Assembly: GCA_019244185.1 (NCBI GenBank) | Contig: JAFATB010000013.1 | Coordinates: forward strand, 96,001 to 160,000 | DNA from: Acidobacteriota bacterium | GTDB taxonomy: Bacteria > Acidobacteriota > Thermoanaerobaculia > Gp7-AA8 | Length of the DNA stretch: 64,000 bases | Direction of reading: 5' to 3' | In this document: positions 9,624 through 21,405 of the stretch, in pieces | Layout: every line of letters begins with the position of its first letter | Position numbering within the stretch: position 1 is the first letter of the stretch | Translations under genes and position numbers: made by a program | The notes under the pieces: model-generated | What the model was told of the DNA's origin: nothing | The model's input: the letters and a program-made list of their open reading frames with translations, nothing else | Databases searched by the model: none

Positions 9624-10872
9624 GTGGTCATCACGGCGGTCTACGACGCGACCGGGCAACTGCGCGGCTTCACGAAAGTCACGCGCGACATGACCGAGCG
9701 CAAGCACGCCGAGGAGACGCAGCGCGCGCTCTACGAACAGCGTGAGGCGCGGTTGCTGGCGGAGGAAGAGCGCCGCCGCAGCGACGAGTCGTCGCGCGTC
9801 GCGCAGGAGGCCAACCGCGCCAAGGACGAGTTCCTGATGACGCTGTCGCACGAGCTGCGCACGCCGATGACCGCGATCCTCGGCTGGGCGCGGCTGCTGC
9901 CGACGCTCACCGCCGACGACGCGATGTTTCACGAGGCGGTCGCCGCGATCGGCCGCGGTGCGCAGCTGCAGGCGCGCCTCATCGACGACGTGCTCGACGT
10001 CTCGCGCATCGTCAGCGGCAAGCTGCGCCTCACCACCGAGAGCATCGACGTCGCGCGCCTCATCGCGGCCGCGGTCGAAGCGGTGCAGCCCAGCGCCGAC
10101 GCGAAGTACATCACGCTGTCGACGGATCTCGGGCCCGCGCTCGGCTCCGTCATCGTCGATCCGACGCGCATCCAGCAGGTGATCTGGAACCTGCTCACGA
10201 ACGCGGTGAAGTTCACGCCGAAATACGGCGTCGTGCAGATCCAGGCGCGGCGCACGAACTCGCGGCTGCAGATCTCGGTCGTCGACACCGGAGAGGGCAT
10301 CGAGCCGTCGTTTCTGCCGCACGTCTTCGAGCCGTTCCGCCAGGCCGAGAATCCGAGCACGCGCGTGCACGGCGGCCTCGGCCTCGGCCTCTCGATCGTG
10401 CGCTATCTCGTCGAGGCGCACGGCGGCACCGTCGCCGTCGAAAGCCGCGGCCGCGGCGCGGGCGCGACGTTCACCGTGACGCTGCCGATCACGTCCGTCG
10501 CCAGCGGCTCCGCGCCGGAAGTGCGCGCGCGGCAGGAGATCCCCGAACGCCGCGTCGAGCCCGATCGGTTGCAGGGTCTCGACATCGTGATCGTCGACGA
10601 CGACCGCGAGGGCCGTGAGGTCGTGCGCGCGACGCTGCGCGCCGCCGGCGCGAATGTCGTCGCGTACGACTCGGCCGTGCAGGTGATGCGCGAGCTCGAG
10701 CGCCATCGCCCCGATCTGCTCATCAGCGACATCGCCATGCCGGTCATGGACGGCTACGCGCTCGCGCGCGCGATCCACGAGAAGCCGGGACTCGAGACGC
10801 TGCCGATCGTCGCGCTGACGGCGTTCCCCGCCGGCCGTTCCGCCGCGGAGCGCAGCGGCTTCGTCGACTACC

Positions 10873-13653
<2,781 letters not shown>

Positions 13654-13685
13654 GCGCAGATTGTAGGCCTCAGTACAATGAAACG
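13654..13685. promoter_or_regulatory. Back-to-back divergent -10 boxes (TACAAT on each strand), each 6 nt from an ATG
   Basis: ATTGTA at 13660-13665 with ATG at 13653 (-); TACAAT at 13674-13679 with ATG at 13686 (+); no Shine-Dalgarno. Confidence 0.65.
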
Positions 13686-14372
13686 ATGCCCGCGGCAGTG
13701 CTGGTGGTGGAGGATGAGCTGCTCACGCGGCAGACGCTGGAGGCGCTGCTGGCGCGGGAAGGATTTCGCGTCACGACGGCGGGCACGATCGCCGAGGCGA
13801 TGGCCGAAGTCGGACGCCGCGCGTACGACCTCATCCTCCTCGACCTCATGCTGCCCGACGGCGACGGCCTCAACGCCTGTCAGCGCATTCGCGCGCGCCA
13901 TCAGACGCCGATCGTGATCCTCAGCACGCGCTCCGCGCTCGAAGACCGCGTGGTGGGACTCGAGACCGGCGCGGACGACTACATCGTCAAGCCGTTCGAG
14001 CCGCGCGAGGTTGTGGCGCGCGTGCGCGCGCAGCTGCGGCGCGCGCAGGAGCTGAGCCGCACGGAGCGCGCGGAGGTGCTGCACATCGGCCGGCTGGTCG
14101 TCGATGCCGCGCTGCAGGACGCGCTCGTCGACGGCAAGCCCGCGGGGCTGACGCAGAAGGAGTTCCAGCTCGTGCACCTGCTCGCCGCGCGCGGCGGCAA
14201 AGCGGTCAGCCGCGACTTCCTCATCGAGCAGCTGTGGGCCGAGGACGAGCTCGCGTCGGACAAGAACGTCGCGGTGTACATCCGCCGCATCCGCCAGAAG
14301 ATCGAGCGCAACCCGGAAGAGCCGGAGATCCTGCTGACGGTGCGCGGGTTCGGCTACCGCCTCGCGTCGTAA
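13686..14372 (+). CDS. OmpR/PhoB-family response regulator
   Basis: VEDE, LDLMLPDGDG, GADDYIVKPF, winged helix ending TVRGFGYR. Confidence 0.95.
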   Translation: MPAAVLVVEDELLTRQTLEALLAREGFRVTTAGTIAEAMAEVGRRAYDLILLDLMLPDGDGLNACQRIRARHQTPIVILSTRSALEDRVVGLETGADDYIVKPFEPREVVARVRAQLRRAQELSRTERAEVLHIGRLVVDAALQDALVDGKPAGLTQKEFQLVHLLAARGGKAVSRDFLIEQLWAEDELASDKNVAVYIRRIRQKIERNPEEPEILLTVRGFGYRLAS

Positions 14373-14406
14373 TCTTCGCGTAATCTCGCGTCGATAGCGT
14401 GCAGCC

Positions 14407-15072
14407 ATGGAGTTGCTCGCGGAGGGACCTCACGAAGCGGCGCGGCTCGATGCACTACGCCGCTGTCACGTGGTGGGCACGGAGCCGGAGGAAGCGTTCG
14501 ACGCGCTGGCGGAGCTCGCGGCGATCGTCTGCGACACGCCGATCGCGCTCGTCAGCCTCGTCGATGAAACGCGGCTCTGGTTCAAGTCGCGCATCGGCTT
14601 CGAGCACGACTCGGTGCCGCGCGAGCTGTCGTACTGCGACCGCGCCATTCGCGGCGACGACGTCTTCGTCGTGCACGACATTTCCAAGGACCCCGAAGTG
14701 GCGCATCATCCGCTCGTGGCCGGACCTCCGCATCTCCGGTTTTATGCCGGCGCGCCGCTCCGCACCTCCAGCGGTTTCAACCTCGGCACGCTCTGCGTCG
14801 TCGACCGCATTCCGCGCCGGCTGAGCGAGCGGCAGCTGCAGGCGTTGCGCACGCTGGCGCGGCACGTCGTCGACGAGCTCGAATCGCGCGCGGACGCGGC
14901 TCTCTTGCGCCACGAGCTGCGCACGCCGCTCACGTCGATCCGCGGCGCACTCGGCCTGCTCGCGTCCGGCGCGATGGGCGAGCTCGGCCCGGAGGCGCGG
15001 AACCTCGTCACGATCGCCGAACGGAACGCCGTGCGGCTCGTCGGCGTCATTAACGGGATGCTGGACAAATGA
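14407..15072 (+). CDS. GAF + HisKA (DHp) protein with no HATPase domain
   Basis: GAF (EAARLDAL...RFYAGAPL...LGTLCVVD), H-box RHELRTPLTSIRG; ends at INGMLDK*. Confidence 0.85.
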   Translation: MELLAEGPHEAARLDALRRCHVVGTEPEEAFDALAELAAIVCDTPIALVSLVDETRLWFKSRIGFEHDSVPRELSYCDRAIRGDDVFVVHDISKDPEVAHHPLVAGPPHLRFYAGAPLRTSSGFNLGTLCVVDRIPRRLSERQLQALRTLARHVVDELESRADAALLRHELRTPLTSIRGALGLLASGAMGELGPEARNLVTIAERNAVRLVGVINGMLDK

Positions 15073-15722
15073 AAGTGCTGGTCATCGACGACGAGGACGA
15101 TGCGCGCTACATCGCGCGCGTGAGTCTCGGCCGCGTCGGCGGGATGAACGTCGTCGAGGCGGCGAACGGCGCGGACGGCGTCGCGCGCGCGGCCGCCGAG
15201 CAGCCCGACTGCATCCTCCTCGATCTGATGATGCCGGGCATGGACGGCGCGGCCACGCTGCGCGCGCTGCAGGCGAACGACGCGACCGCCGCGATTCCGG
15301 TGGTGTTCCTCACGGCCAACGCGATTGCCTCCGAGGTGGAGATGCTGCGCAAGCTGGGCGCGCGCGGCGTGCTGCTCAAGCCGTTCGATCCGATGGCGCT
15401 CGCCGGCGATCTGCGCGCGGTGGTCAACGACGACCAGCTCATGGCGGAACTGCGCGCGCGCTTTCGCGAGACCACCGCGTCGCGCCTCGACGACATGCAG
15501 CGGCTGCTCGACGCGGAGACGCTCGACCTCCCCGCGCTCGCGCGCCACTTCCACGCGCTGGCCGGCCTCGGCACCACGTACGGCCATCCGCGCGTGACGC
15601 GGCTCGGCGAGGAAGGGGAGAACGCCGCGAAGCCGCTGCTGCGTGAGGGGCGCGCACCGTCGGCGGACGACCTTCGCGCGTGGCGCGCGCTCGTCGCCGC
15701 CGTGCGCGCGGAGATCGGCTGA
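15069..15722 (+). CDS. Receiver + Hpt domain protein
   Basis: IDDE, LLDLMMPGMDG, FLTA, KPF; C-terminal FHALAGLGTTYG (H-x-L-x-G Hpt motif). Confidence 0.85.
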   Translation: MKVLVIDDEDDARYIARVSLGRVGGMNVVEAANGADGVARAAAEQPDCILLDLMMPGMDGAATLRALQANDATAAIPVVFLTANAIASEVEMLRKLGARGVLLKPFDPMALAGDLRAVVNDDQLMAELRARFRETTASRLDDMQRLLDAETLDLPALARHFHALAGLGTTYGHPRVTRLGEEGENAAKPLLREGRAPSADDLRAWRALVAAVRAEIG

Positions 15723-15743
15723 TTTGTGCTAGAAAGCGCGCGC

Positions 15744-16256
15744 ATGTGGACCGCGCGCCGTATCTTCAAAGAGCTGACCGACCCCGATCTCCGCCGCACC
15801 ATCCTCACGTCGTTCTGGAAGCACGGCGAGAACAACTCGCGCCTCATGGCGCAGATGCAGCTCGCCAAGGCCCTGCACTTCCGCGACGAGACCATTCGCA
15901 AGATGCCGCCGGAGAAGAAGGCGGACCTCCTCGCGTCGCGCGCCGCCTCGCCCGACTTCGAGCAGTTTCTCGAGATCGCGCTGATGCAGTACCACACGCA
16001 CGATCAGGCGAACATGCTCGGGGCGTTCCTCGACCAGTGGCAGATCCCGCACGAGAACGGCGCGATCGAGACCGACGACTACACGCCGCCGACGGAAGAG
16101 CAGGTGCGCAACGCCGTCGCCGCGCTGCGCGAGCAGTACGACCCGCGGCAGATCCGCGTGTACCTCGCCACCGCCGGGCTGCTCATGGCCGGGCCGTGGC
16201 GCGATGCGACGTGGCCGGTCGTCGAAGAGATGGGCGAGGAGACGGGCGCGGCGTAG
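15744..16256 (+). CDS. Hypothetical protein
   Basis: Typical codon bias; MWTARRIF...MLGAFLDQWQIPHENG...; no recognised domain. Confidence 0.75.
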   Translation: MWTARRIFKELTDPDLRRTILTSFWKHGENNSRLMAQMQLAKALHFRDETIRKMPPEKKADLLASRAASPDFEQFLEIALMQYHTHDQANMLGAFLDQWQIPHENGAIETDDYTPPTEEQVRNAVAALREQYDPRQIRVYLATAGLLMAGPWRDATWPVVEEMGEETGAA

Positions 16257-16262
16257 TCGCGG

Positions 16263-16838
16263 TCACTCGATCCGCAGCACGCTCCACGTTTTGCCGTCCC
16301 AGATCAGCGTCGCGCGCGACTGCCGCGAACGCATGAAGCGGTCGTGCACCTCGCCGGTCGTGAACGCGTTGCCGACGTCGTTCGCGATCCACGCCCACGC
16401 GAAGTCCGCGGTCGCGGTGCCGTCGGGATTCGCGCGCACGTCGGTGACGCCGCGCAGCTCTTTCTTCGCCAGCGGCACGATGTCGAGGATGCCGTTCGCG
16501 CGCAGGAGGAAGCGTTTGTCGTCGCGCGCCTTCGGCGTCAGCATCACGCCGCCCGAGCCGTCGACGGCGAGCCAGCCGGCGCGCTGCAGGTCTTTCAGCG
16601 CCGCGCGCGTGGGATCGTTCATCACCGAAGTCTGCATCGGCAGCGAGTACGCGGCGTCGGTGAACTGAAACTCGCCGAGCTCCGGCGCGTTCTCGAGGAG
16701 CGTCTTCGCCTCCGCGACGGTCGGCGGCGGCGGTGTCGCCGGCTTCGCGGGCGCGGTCGTGGTGCTCGTGTTCGTCGCGGCAGGCTCGTGGCCGCCGCAC
16801 GCGGCGAGGAAGATCAGCAGGAAGGCGACGCGCTTCAT
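16263..16838 (-). CDS. Hypothetical lipoprotein
   Basis: Lipobox FLAAC followed by a Thr/Pro-rich linker. Confidence 0.75.
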   Translation of the reverse strand: MKRVAFLLIFLAACGGHEPAATNTSTTTAPAKPATPPPPTVAEAKTLLENAPELGEFQFTDAAYSLPMQTSVMNDPTRAALKDLQRAGWLAVDGSGGVMLTPKARDDKRFLLRANGILDIVPLAKKELRGVTDVRANPDGTATADFAWAWIANDVGNAFTTGEVHDRFMRSRQSRATLIWDGKTWSVLRIE

Positions 16839-16845
16839 GTGCGCA

Positions 16846-17598
16846 TTATCGGCGCAAGACGTCGACTTCGTCGCGCGTCAGCTCGCGCGTCGCGCCGGCG
16901 GCGAGCTCGCCGATCTCGATCGGACCGATCGCCGTGCGCACGAGCTTCAGCACCTTCGCGTCGAGCGCTTCCACCATCCGCCGCACCTGCCGGTTGCGTC
17001 CCTCGGTGATCGTGATCGTGAAGACGGTTCGGCCGCCGGACTCGCGCACGCGCGTGACGATCGCGGGGCGCGTCGGTCCGTCGCGTAGCTCGACGCCGCG
17101 CCGCAGCGAGTCGAGCTGCTCGTCGCTGAGGTGCGTCGACGCTTTGACGAGATACGTCTTCGGCACGTGGTAGTCGGGATTCGTCAGCCGCTCGGCGAAC
17201 GCGGTGTCGTTCGTCAGGATCAGCAGGCCGCTCGTGTCGAGGTCGAGCCGTCCCACCGGAAAGAGGTACTGCTGGCGATCGGGAAGGAGGTCGTAGATCG
17301 TCTTCCGCCCTTCCGGATCGCGATAGGTCGTGAGGTATCCCTTCGGCTTGTGAAGCAGCAGATATACGTGCTCCTGCTTCTCGATGGGACGGTCGTCGAG
17401 GAGCACGCGGTCGCGCTCGAGATCGATCCAGCGATTCGGATCGCCTTCGACGCGGCCGTTCACCTTCACGCGCCCTTCGCCGACCCAGCGCCGCGCCTCG
17501 CTGCGCGAGCCGAGTCCCGCGCGCGAGAGCACGCGTTCGAGCGTCTTGATCGGACGGTCGCCGGGCGGCGGCGTCTGCGCCGCGTTGCGCTTGCTCAC
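16846..17598 (-). CDS. rRNA pseudouridine synthase (RsuA/RluB family)
   Basis: S4 domain (LSRAGLGSRSEA), HKPKG, VGRLDLDTSGLL, EGRNRQVRRM; GTG start at 17598 overlaps the upstream stop. Confidence 0.92.
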   Translation of the reverse strand: MSKRNAAQTPPPGDRPIKTLERVLSRAGLGSRSEARRWVGEGRVKVNGRVEGDPNRWIDLERDRVLLDDRPIEKQEHVYLLLHKPKGYLTTYRDPEGRKTIYDLLPDRQQYLFPVGRLDLDTSGLLILTNDTAFAERLTNPDYHVPKTYLVKASTHLSDEQLDSLRRGVELRDGPTRPAIVTRVRESGGRTVFTITITEGRNRQVRRMVEALDAKVLKLVRTAIGPIEIGELAAGATRELTRDEVDVLRR

Positions 17599-18236
17599 TC
17601 GAGGATCCGCAGTTCCATGACGCCGCCGATGGTCATCTTCGTGATGTGCGACCGCGGCGTGACCCAGACGTCGTGCACGTGATTCGTGTTCGCGTCGGTG
17701 AAGCGGTAGTGGCCCGGCTCGACGAGCTGCGCCGTCCCTTCTTTCTTCTGCGGATCGAAGGCGAGCGTGACGCGCTGGTAGAAGCGCACGCCGTACGGCG
17801 GCGCATCGACGTGCTGCCATTGTCCGCCGATGCGCTTCTCCCACGGCACGCCGCGCGGTCCCGCCGCCGCGCGCCACTCCGTGCCGTCCGCGCGGAACGT
17901 CACCCGCTCCTGCCCGATGCGCGCACGCGTCATCTCGCCTTCCGCGTGCACGCCGCTCTCATCGAGGACGAAGCGAAAGCGCGGCACGGACTTGAACCAC
18001 AGCAGCGCGTCGTCGTACGTGCCGCCGACCGGCGGCGGCACCGCCGGCATCGTCGCGGTGGGAATCGTGCTGGTCGGGATCGTCGCGGTCGTTGACGTCG
18101 TCGGCGCGGTTGGTGCGGATCGCGTGGCAGTCGATTGCGTCGCGGTCGATGCGGCCGGCTGCTCGCGCGAGCATGCGGCGAGCAGCAGCGCGACGAGCAG
18201 AACAGGTTTACGGAAACGTTCGCATTGCATTGGCAA
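17595..18236 (-). CDS. Hypothetical lipoprotein (LolA-like fold possible)
   Basis: Lipobox LLAAC, Thr-rich linker, beta-rich domain. Confidence 0.7.
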   Translation of the reverse strand: MPMQCERFRKPVLLVALLLAACSREQPAASTATQSTATRSAPTAPTTSTTATIPTSTIPTATMPAVPPPVGGTYDDALLWFKSVPRFRFVLDESGVHAEGEMTRARIGQERVTFRADGTEWRAAAGPRGVPWEKRIGGQWQHVDAPPYGVRFYQRVTLAFDPQKKEGTAQLVEPGHYRFTDANTNHVHDVWVTPRSHITKMTIGGVMELRILE

Positions 18237-18270
18237 GAGCGAATGCTACTCTGACCCCGAGGCCCTGATC

Positions 18271-19533
18271 ATGCGGAACCAATGGTGGTGGTGGGTGTTG
18301 ACCGGCGTCGCGCTCGGCGTCGCCGTCTTCGGAGTTACGCGCTTGCCTCTCGGCGACGATCCGATCGTCGAGCTCGCGCAACTCGCACCGCCCAATCGTC
18401 CCGCACCGCCGCTGCCGTTCTTCGTTCCCGAAACGCCGTCGCTCGAACCGCCACCCGAGGCGTCGGCGAACATTCCGACGCTGGGCGAGGCCTCGCAGGC
18501 GAAGATCGAGCTGCGCATCAAGTCCCTCGGGCGCGAGCTCGCGGAGATGTGGACGCGCGATCCGGAGAAGCTCGTGGTCGTGATCGACGACGCCGCGCGT
18601 TCGTTCCCGAGCGCGCCGTCCGTCACGCTGCTCCTCGCCATCGCGCACGCGGAGACGAACGGCAAGATCCTCGACGTCTCCGAGGCGGGCGCCGTCGGAC
18701 TCGCGCAGGCGACGCCGGTCGCGTATCGCCAGGAGCATTTCGACGGGAAGCTCTTCGTCACGAAGGACTATCTCATCGGCTCGCGCGCCTACATCATGAA
18801 GAAGCCCCTCGGCGATGCCGACACGATCGCCACGCTCATCGTCGATCAGGACTCGCCCGCGCGCCGCAAGCGCGCGAAGCATCTGCTGCACGCGGCGAAG
18901 GAGCTCCGCCGCGAAGGCATCGACGAGCTCGATCTGCTCTCGCCGTTTGGGTCGAAGAAGTACTACGCCGACATCAAACACGCGGACGAGCACAACAAGG
19001 CCGCGCTCAAAGAGCTCGAGCATCTGCTCGACCACGGCTCGCGCGCCGAACTGCGCGCGTTCCGCAACCGCGTGCGGACGGAATACCGCTCGCTGAAGGC
19101 GACGCAGCTCGCGTCGTGGGCGCGCTATCAGAAAGACCTCATCGCGAAGCGCGACCGCATGCTCGAACAGCACTTCGGCGTCGACCGCCGCACGGTCACG
19201 CGCACGATGGCCTACGAGGCGAGCGAGTACCTCGGCGAGCATCTCGACGACCGCTTCTCGGCGAAGAGCATGGCGAAGTTCCTCGTGCGTCATCTCGAGC
19301 GGAAAGCGGTCGAGGCGCGGAAGCTCGCGCCGCCGGACGCCGACGTCGAGGAGATGACCGCGGCGCTCTACAACGGCGGCTCGCACAACGTGAAGCGGAT
19401 GCTGGCGGGGCTCATCCGCACGCTGCCCGAGACCGAGAAGTACATGCGCAAAGTGCCCGCGACGCGGCGCCGCCTCGACAGCGTGATCGCCGGCGCGTCG
19501 CTCGGCGAAACGCCGGTGCGGACGCTGCGCTGA
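18271..19533 (+). CDS. Membrane-anchored lytic transglycosylase (SLT family) with a large insertion
   Basis: N-terminal TM, LLAIAHAETNG (catalytic Glu), SEAGAVGLAQ, AALYNGG, ETEKYMRKV. Confidence 0.75.
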   Translation: MRNQWWWWVLTGVALGVAVFGVTRLPLGDDPIVELAQLAPPNRPAPPLPFFVPETPSLEPPPEASANIPTLGEASQAKIELRIKSLGRELAEMWTRDPEKLVVVIDDAARSFPSAPSVTLLLAIAHAETNGKILDVSEAGAVGLAQATPVAYRQEHFDGKLFVTKDYLIGSRAYIMKKPLGDADTIATLIVDQDSPARRKRAKHLLHAAKELRREGIDELDLLSPFGSKKYYADIKHADEHNKAALKELEHLLDHGSRAELRAFRNRVRTEYRSLKATQLASWARYQKDLIAKRDRMLEQHFGVDRRTVTRTMAYEASEYLGEHLDDRFSAKSMAKFLVRHLERKAVEARKLAPPDADVEEMTAALYNGGSHNVKRMLAGLIRTLPETEKYMRKVPATRRRLDSVIAGASLGETPVRTLR

Positions 19534-19543
19534 GCGAGTCGAG

Positions 19544-20122
19544 CTACGCGCGTCGCGCGGCGCGGTGCTTGGCCGACTTTTCGCGATTGCCGCAGCCGCT
19601 CATCGTGCACCAGCGCCGCGTGCCGCTCTTCGACGTGTCGTAAAAGAAGCGGATGCAGCGCGCACCGCCGCAGAGGTGCAGGCGCTGCGGGTTCGCTTCC
19701 GCGAGAAACGTGGCGGCCATGCGCGCGAGCACGAAGCGCGCATCCTTCGCCGCGTCGCCGCGCGGCTGAAACGACGCCGCGAGCTTGCCGTCCGCGAGCG
19801 TCAACGCGAGCGCGCCCGGCGCGCGCGCGAGCTCCGCGTCGATCGCGCCGACGTCCTGCCGACGCGGTGGTTTGTCCTCGGACATCGCGGTGACGATCCG
19901 CCGCAGCGCCGCGCGCAGCGTGCGCACGGCGTCGAGCGTGCGCGCGTCGAGGCGGCCGCGGACGTCGCGCGGCGCGAGAAGATCCGCCGCGATCAGCCAC
20001 TCCTCGAGCGCCTCCGGGCCATCGAGCAGGTCGATCGGCTTGCCGTCGCGCAGTCCTTCGGTATTCACGAAGTCGATGGCCGTCGCGCCGCCGATGAAGG
20101 AGAAGTGACGTTTCGGTTTCAC
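19544..20122 (-). CDS. ABATE/CGNR zinc-finger protein (putative transcriptional regulator)
   Basis: AIDFVNT, C-x4-C, FYDTSKSGTRRWC, CGNREK; GTG start at 20122 is 7 nt after TACACT. Confidence 0.92.
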   Translation of the reverse strand: MKPKRHFSFIGGATAIDFVNTEGLRDGKPIDLLDGPEALEEWLIAADLLAPRDVRGRLDARTLDAVRTLRAALRRIVTAMSEDKPPRRQDVGAIDAELARAPGALALTLADGKLAASFQPRGDAAKDARFVLARMAATFLAEANPQRLHLCGGARCIRFFYDTSKSGTRRWCTMSGCGNREKSAKHRAARRA

Positions 20123-20147
20123 GGTTGACAGTGTACGTTGCGGCGGT

Positions 20148-20177
20148 GTAACTAGCAAAAATGCTTTTGATGGTTAC
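20148..20177. promoter_or_regulatory. 30-bp imperfect palindrome, candidate operator for the CGNR protein
   Basis: GTAACTAGCAAAA-ATGC-TTTTGATGGTTAC, 11/13 arm positions pair; AT-rich; TTGACA at 20125-20130. Confidence 0.6.
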
Positions 20178-21405
20178 TTTGCTTTCGGCGGCGCTATCTA
20201 CGTTGATCGACGTGCATTGGGACTGCCGCGCGCTCACGCCGCCGCAACGCCAGTGGTGCGAGACGTTCGCGCGCGCGGCGACGACGCTCACGACGCCCGC
20301 CGCGCCGCCGTCGGTGCGCATCGACGCCATGCGCGCGCAGGCCGCGGCGGCGCGCGCCGCGGAGCTGCCGCTCGTCGCGACGTATCTCGAGCGCGTCAGC
20401 GACGCCGCGGCGGGAGGTGATGCCGTGGCCGCCGAGACGGCGCTGCGCGCGGCGGCGCACAGTCCGGTGCTGGTGCTCGTGCGTGTGCAGAAAGCGAGCG
20501 CGGATGCGAGCCCGTTCGGCGACGTCATCGTCGGCGTGCGCGATCCCGACGACGCGTGGCTGCTCTCGTTTCAGCAGCGGCTCGACGCGTTCGCGCGCAC
20601 GCTGTCGCCGGCATCGGCCGCGTGGGACAAGGGCACGGTGCCGCCGGGCGTCAGCGCCATCGGCGACCTCGTCGCGCGCGCGGGCGCGTCCGCGCAGTCG
20701 ACCGCGCCGGCGAGCTATCCGCCGTTCGACGCGTCGCTGCGCCCGGTCGTCGGCCGCAGCTGGATTCACTGGAAGAACATGACCGTCGCCGGCTGGTTCG
20801 AACGGCAGGTGAAGCCGGCCGGCGTCGCGTCGCTCGATGGCGCCGCGGTGCGCGCGCTCGACGGCGCCGCGCTCTCGCGCTGGTATGCGCTGCGGTACGT
20901 GACCTCCGACCTCGGGCCGAAGGTCGTGAACGGAAAGCCGCTGCAGGACGCGCTCGGCGACGCGTGGGCGCCGATCGTGATCGTGAAGGCCGACGTGACG
21001 GCGGTGCTCGCGTCGCAGTGGCTGCGGCGCGGATCGCTCGACACGGATCTCGCGACGTTCCTCGGCGTCACGATCCACACGCTCAACGACGTCGTGCGCG
21101 GCGACGCGCCGCCGCAGCATCGCGCGTCGACCTGCATCGCGCTCAACTGGTGCCTGCGCCACGGCGGCCTCGTCGCACGCAAGAACGGCTGGCACATCGC
21201 GCCGCGGGCGATGCTCGCGTCGCTGCGTACGCTCGCGTCGGAGGTGCTCGCCATTGAGACCGCGGGCGATCGCGAGCGCGCGGCGAAGCTGATCGCCGAG
21301 TACGGAACCGTGACGCCGGAGATCCAGACGATGCTCGATCGGCTGCCGCCGCCGACACCGCCGAAAGCCACGGTGCATTACGACATTCTGGAGAGCGCGC
21401 GATGA
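20161..21405 (+). CDS. Peptidase M49 (DPP-III)-like protein lacking the metal ligands
   Basis: WKNM...FERQVKP, SDLGP, VIVKADV and EVLAIETAGDRERAAKLIAEYG...TPEIQTMLDRL match bacterial M49 scaffold motifs as recalled; no HExxH. Start may be 20170. Confidence 0.6.
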   Translation: MLLMVTLLSAALSTLIDVHWDCRALTPPQRQWCETFARAATTLTTPAAPPSVRIDAMRAQAAAARAAELPLVATYLERVSDAAAGGDAVAAETALRAAAHSPVLVLVRVQKASADASPFGDVIVGVRDPDDAWLLSFQQRLDAFARTLSPASAAWDKGTVPPGVSAIGDLVARAGASAQSTAPASYPPFDASLRPVVGRSWIHWKNMTVAGWFERQVKPAGVASLDGAAVRALDGAALSRWYALRYVTSDLGPKVVNGKPLQDALGDAWAPIVIVKADVTAVLASQWLRRGSLDTDLATFLGVTIHTLNDVVRGDAPPQHRASTCIALNWCLRHGGLVARKNGWHIAPRAMLASLRTLASEVLAIETAGDRERAAKLIAEYGTVTPEIQTMLDRLPPPTPPKATVHYDILESAR

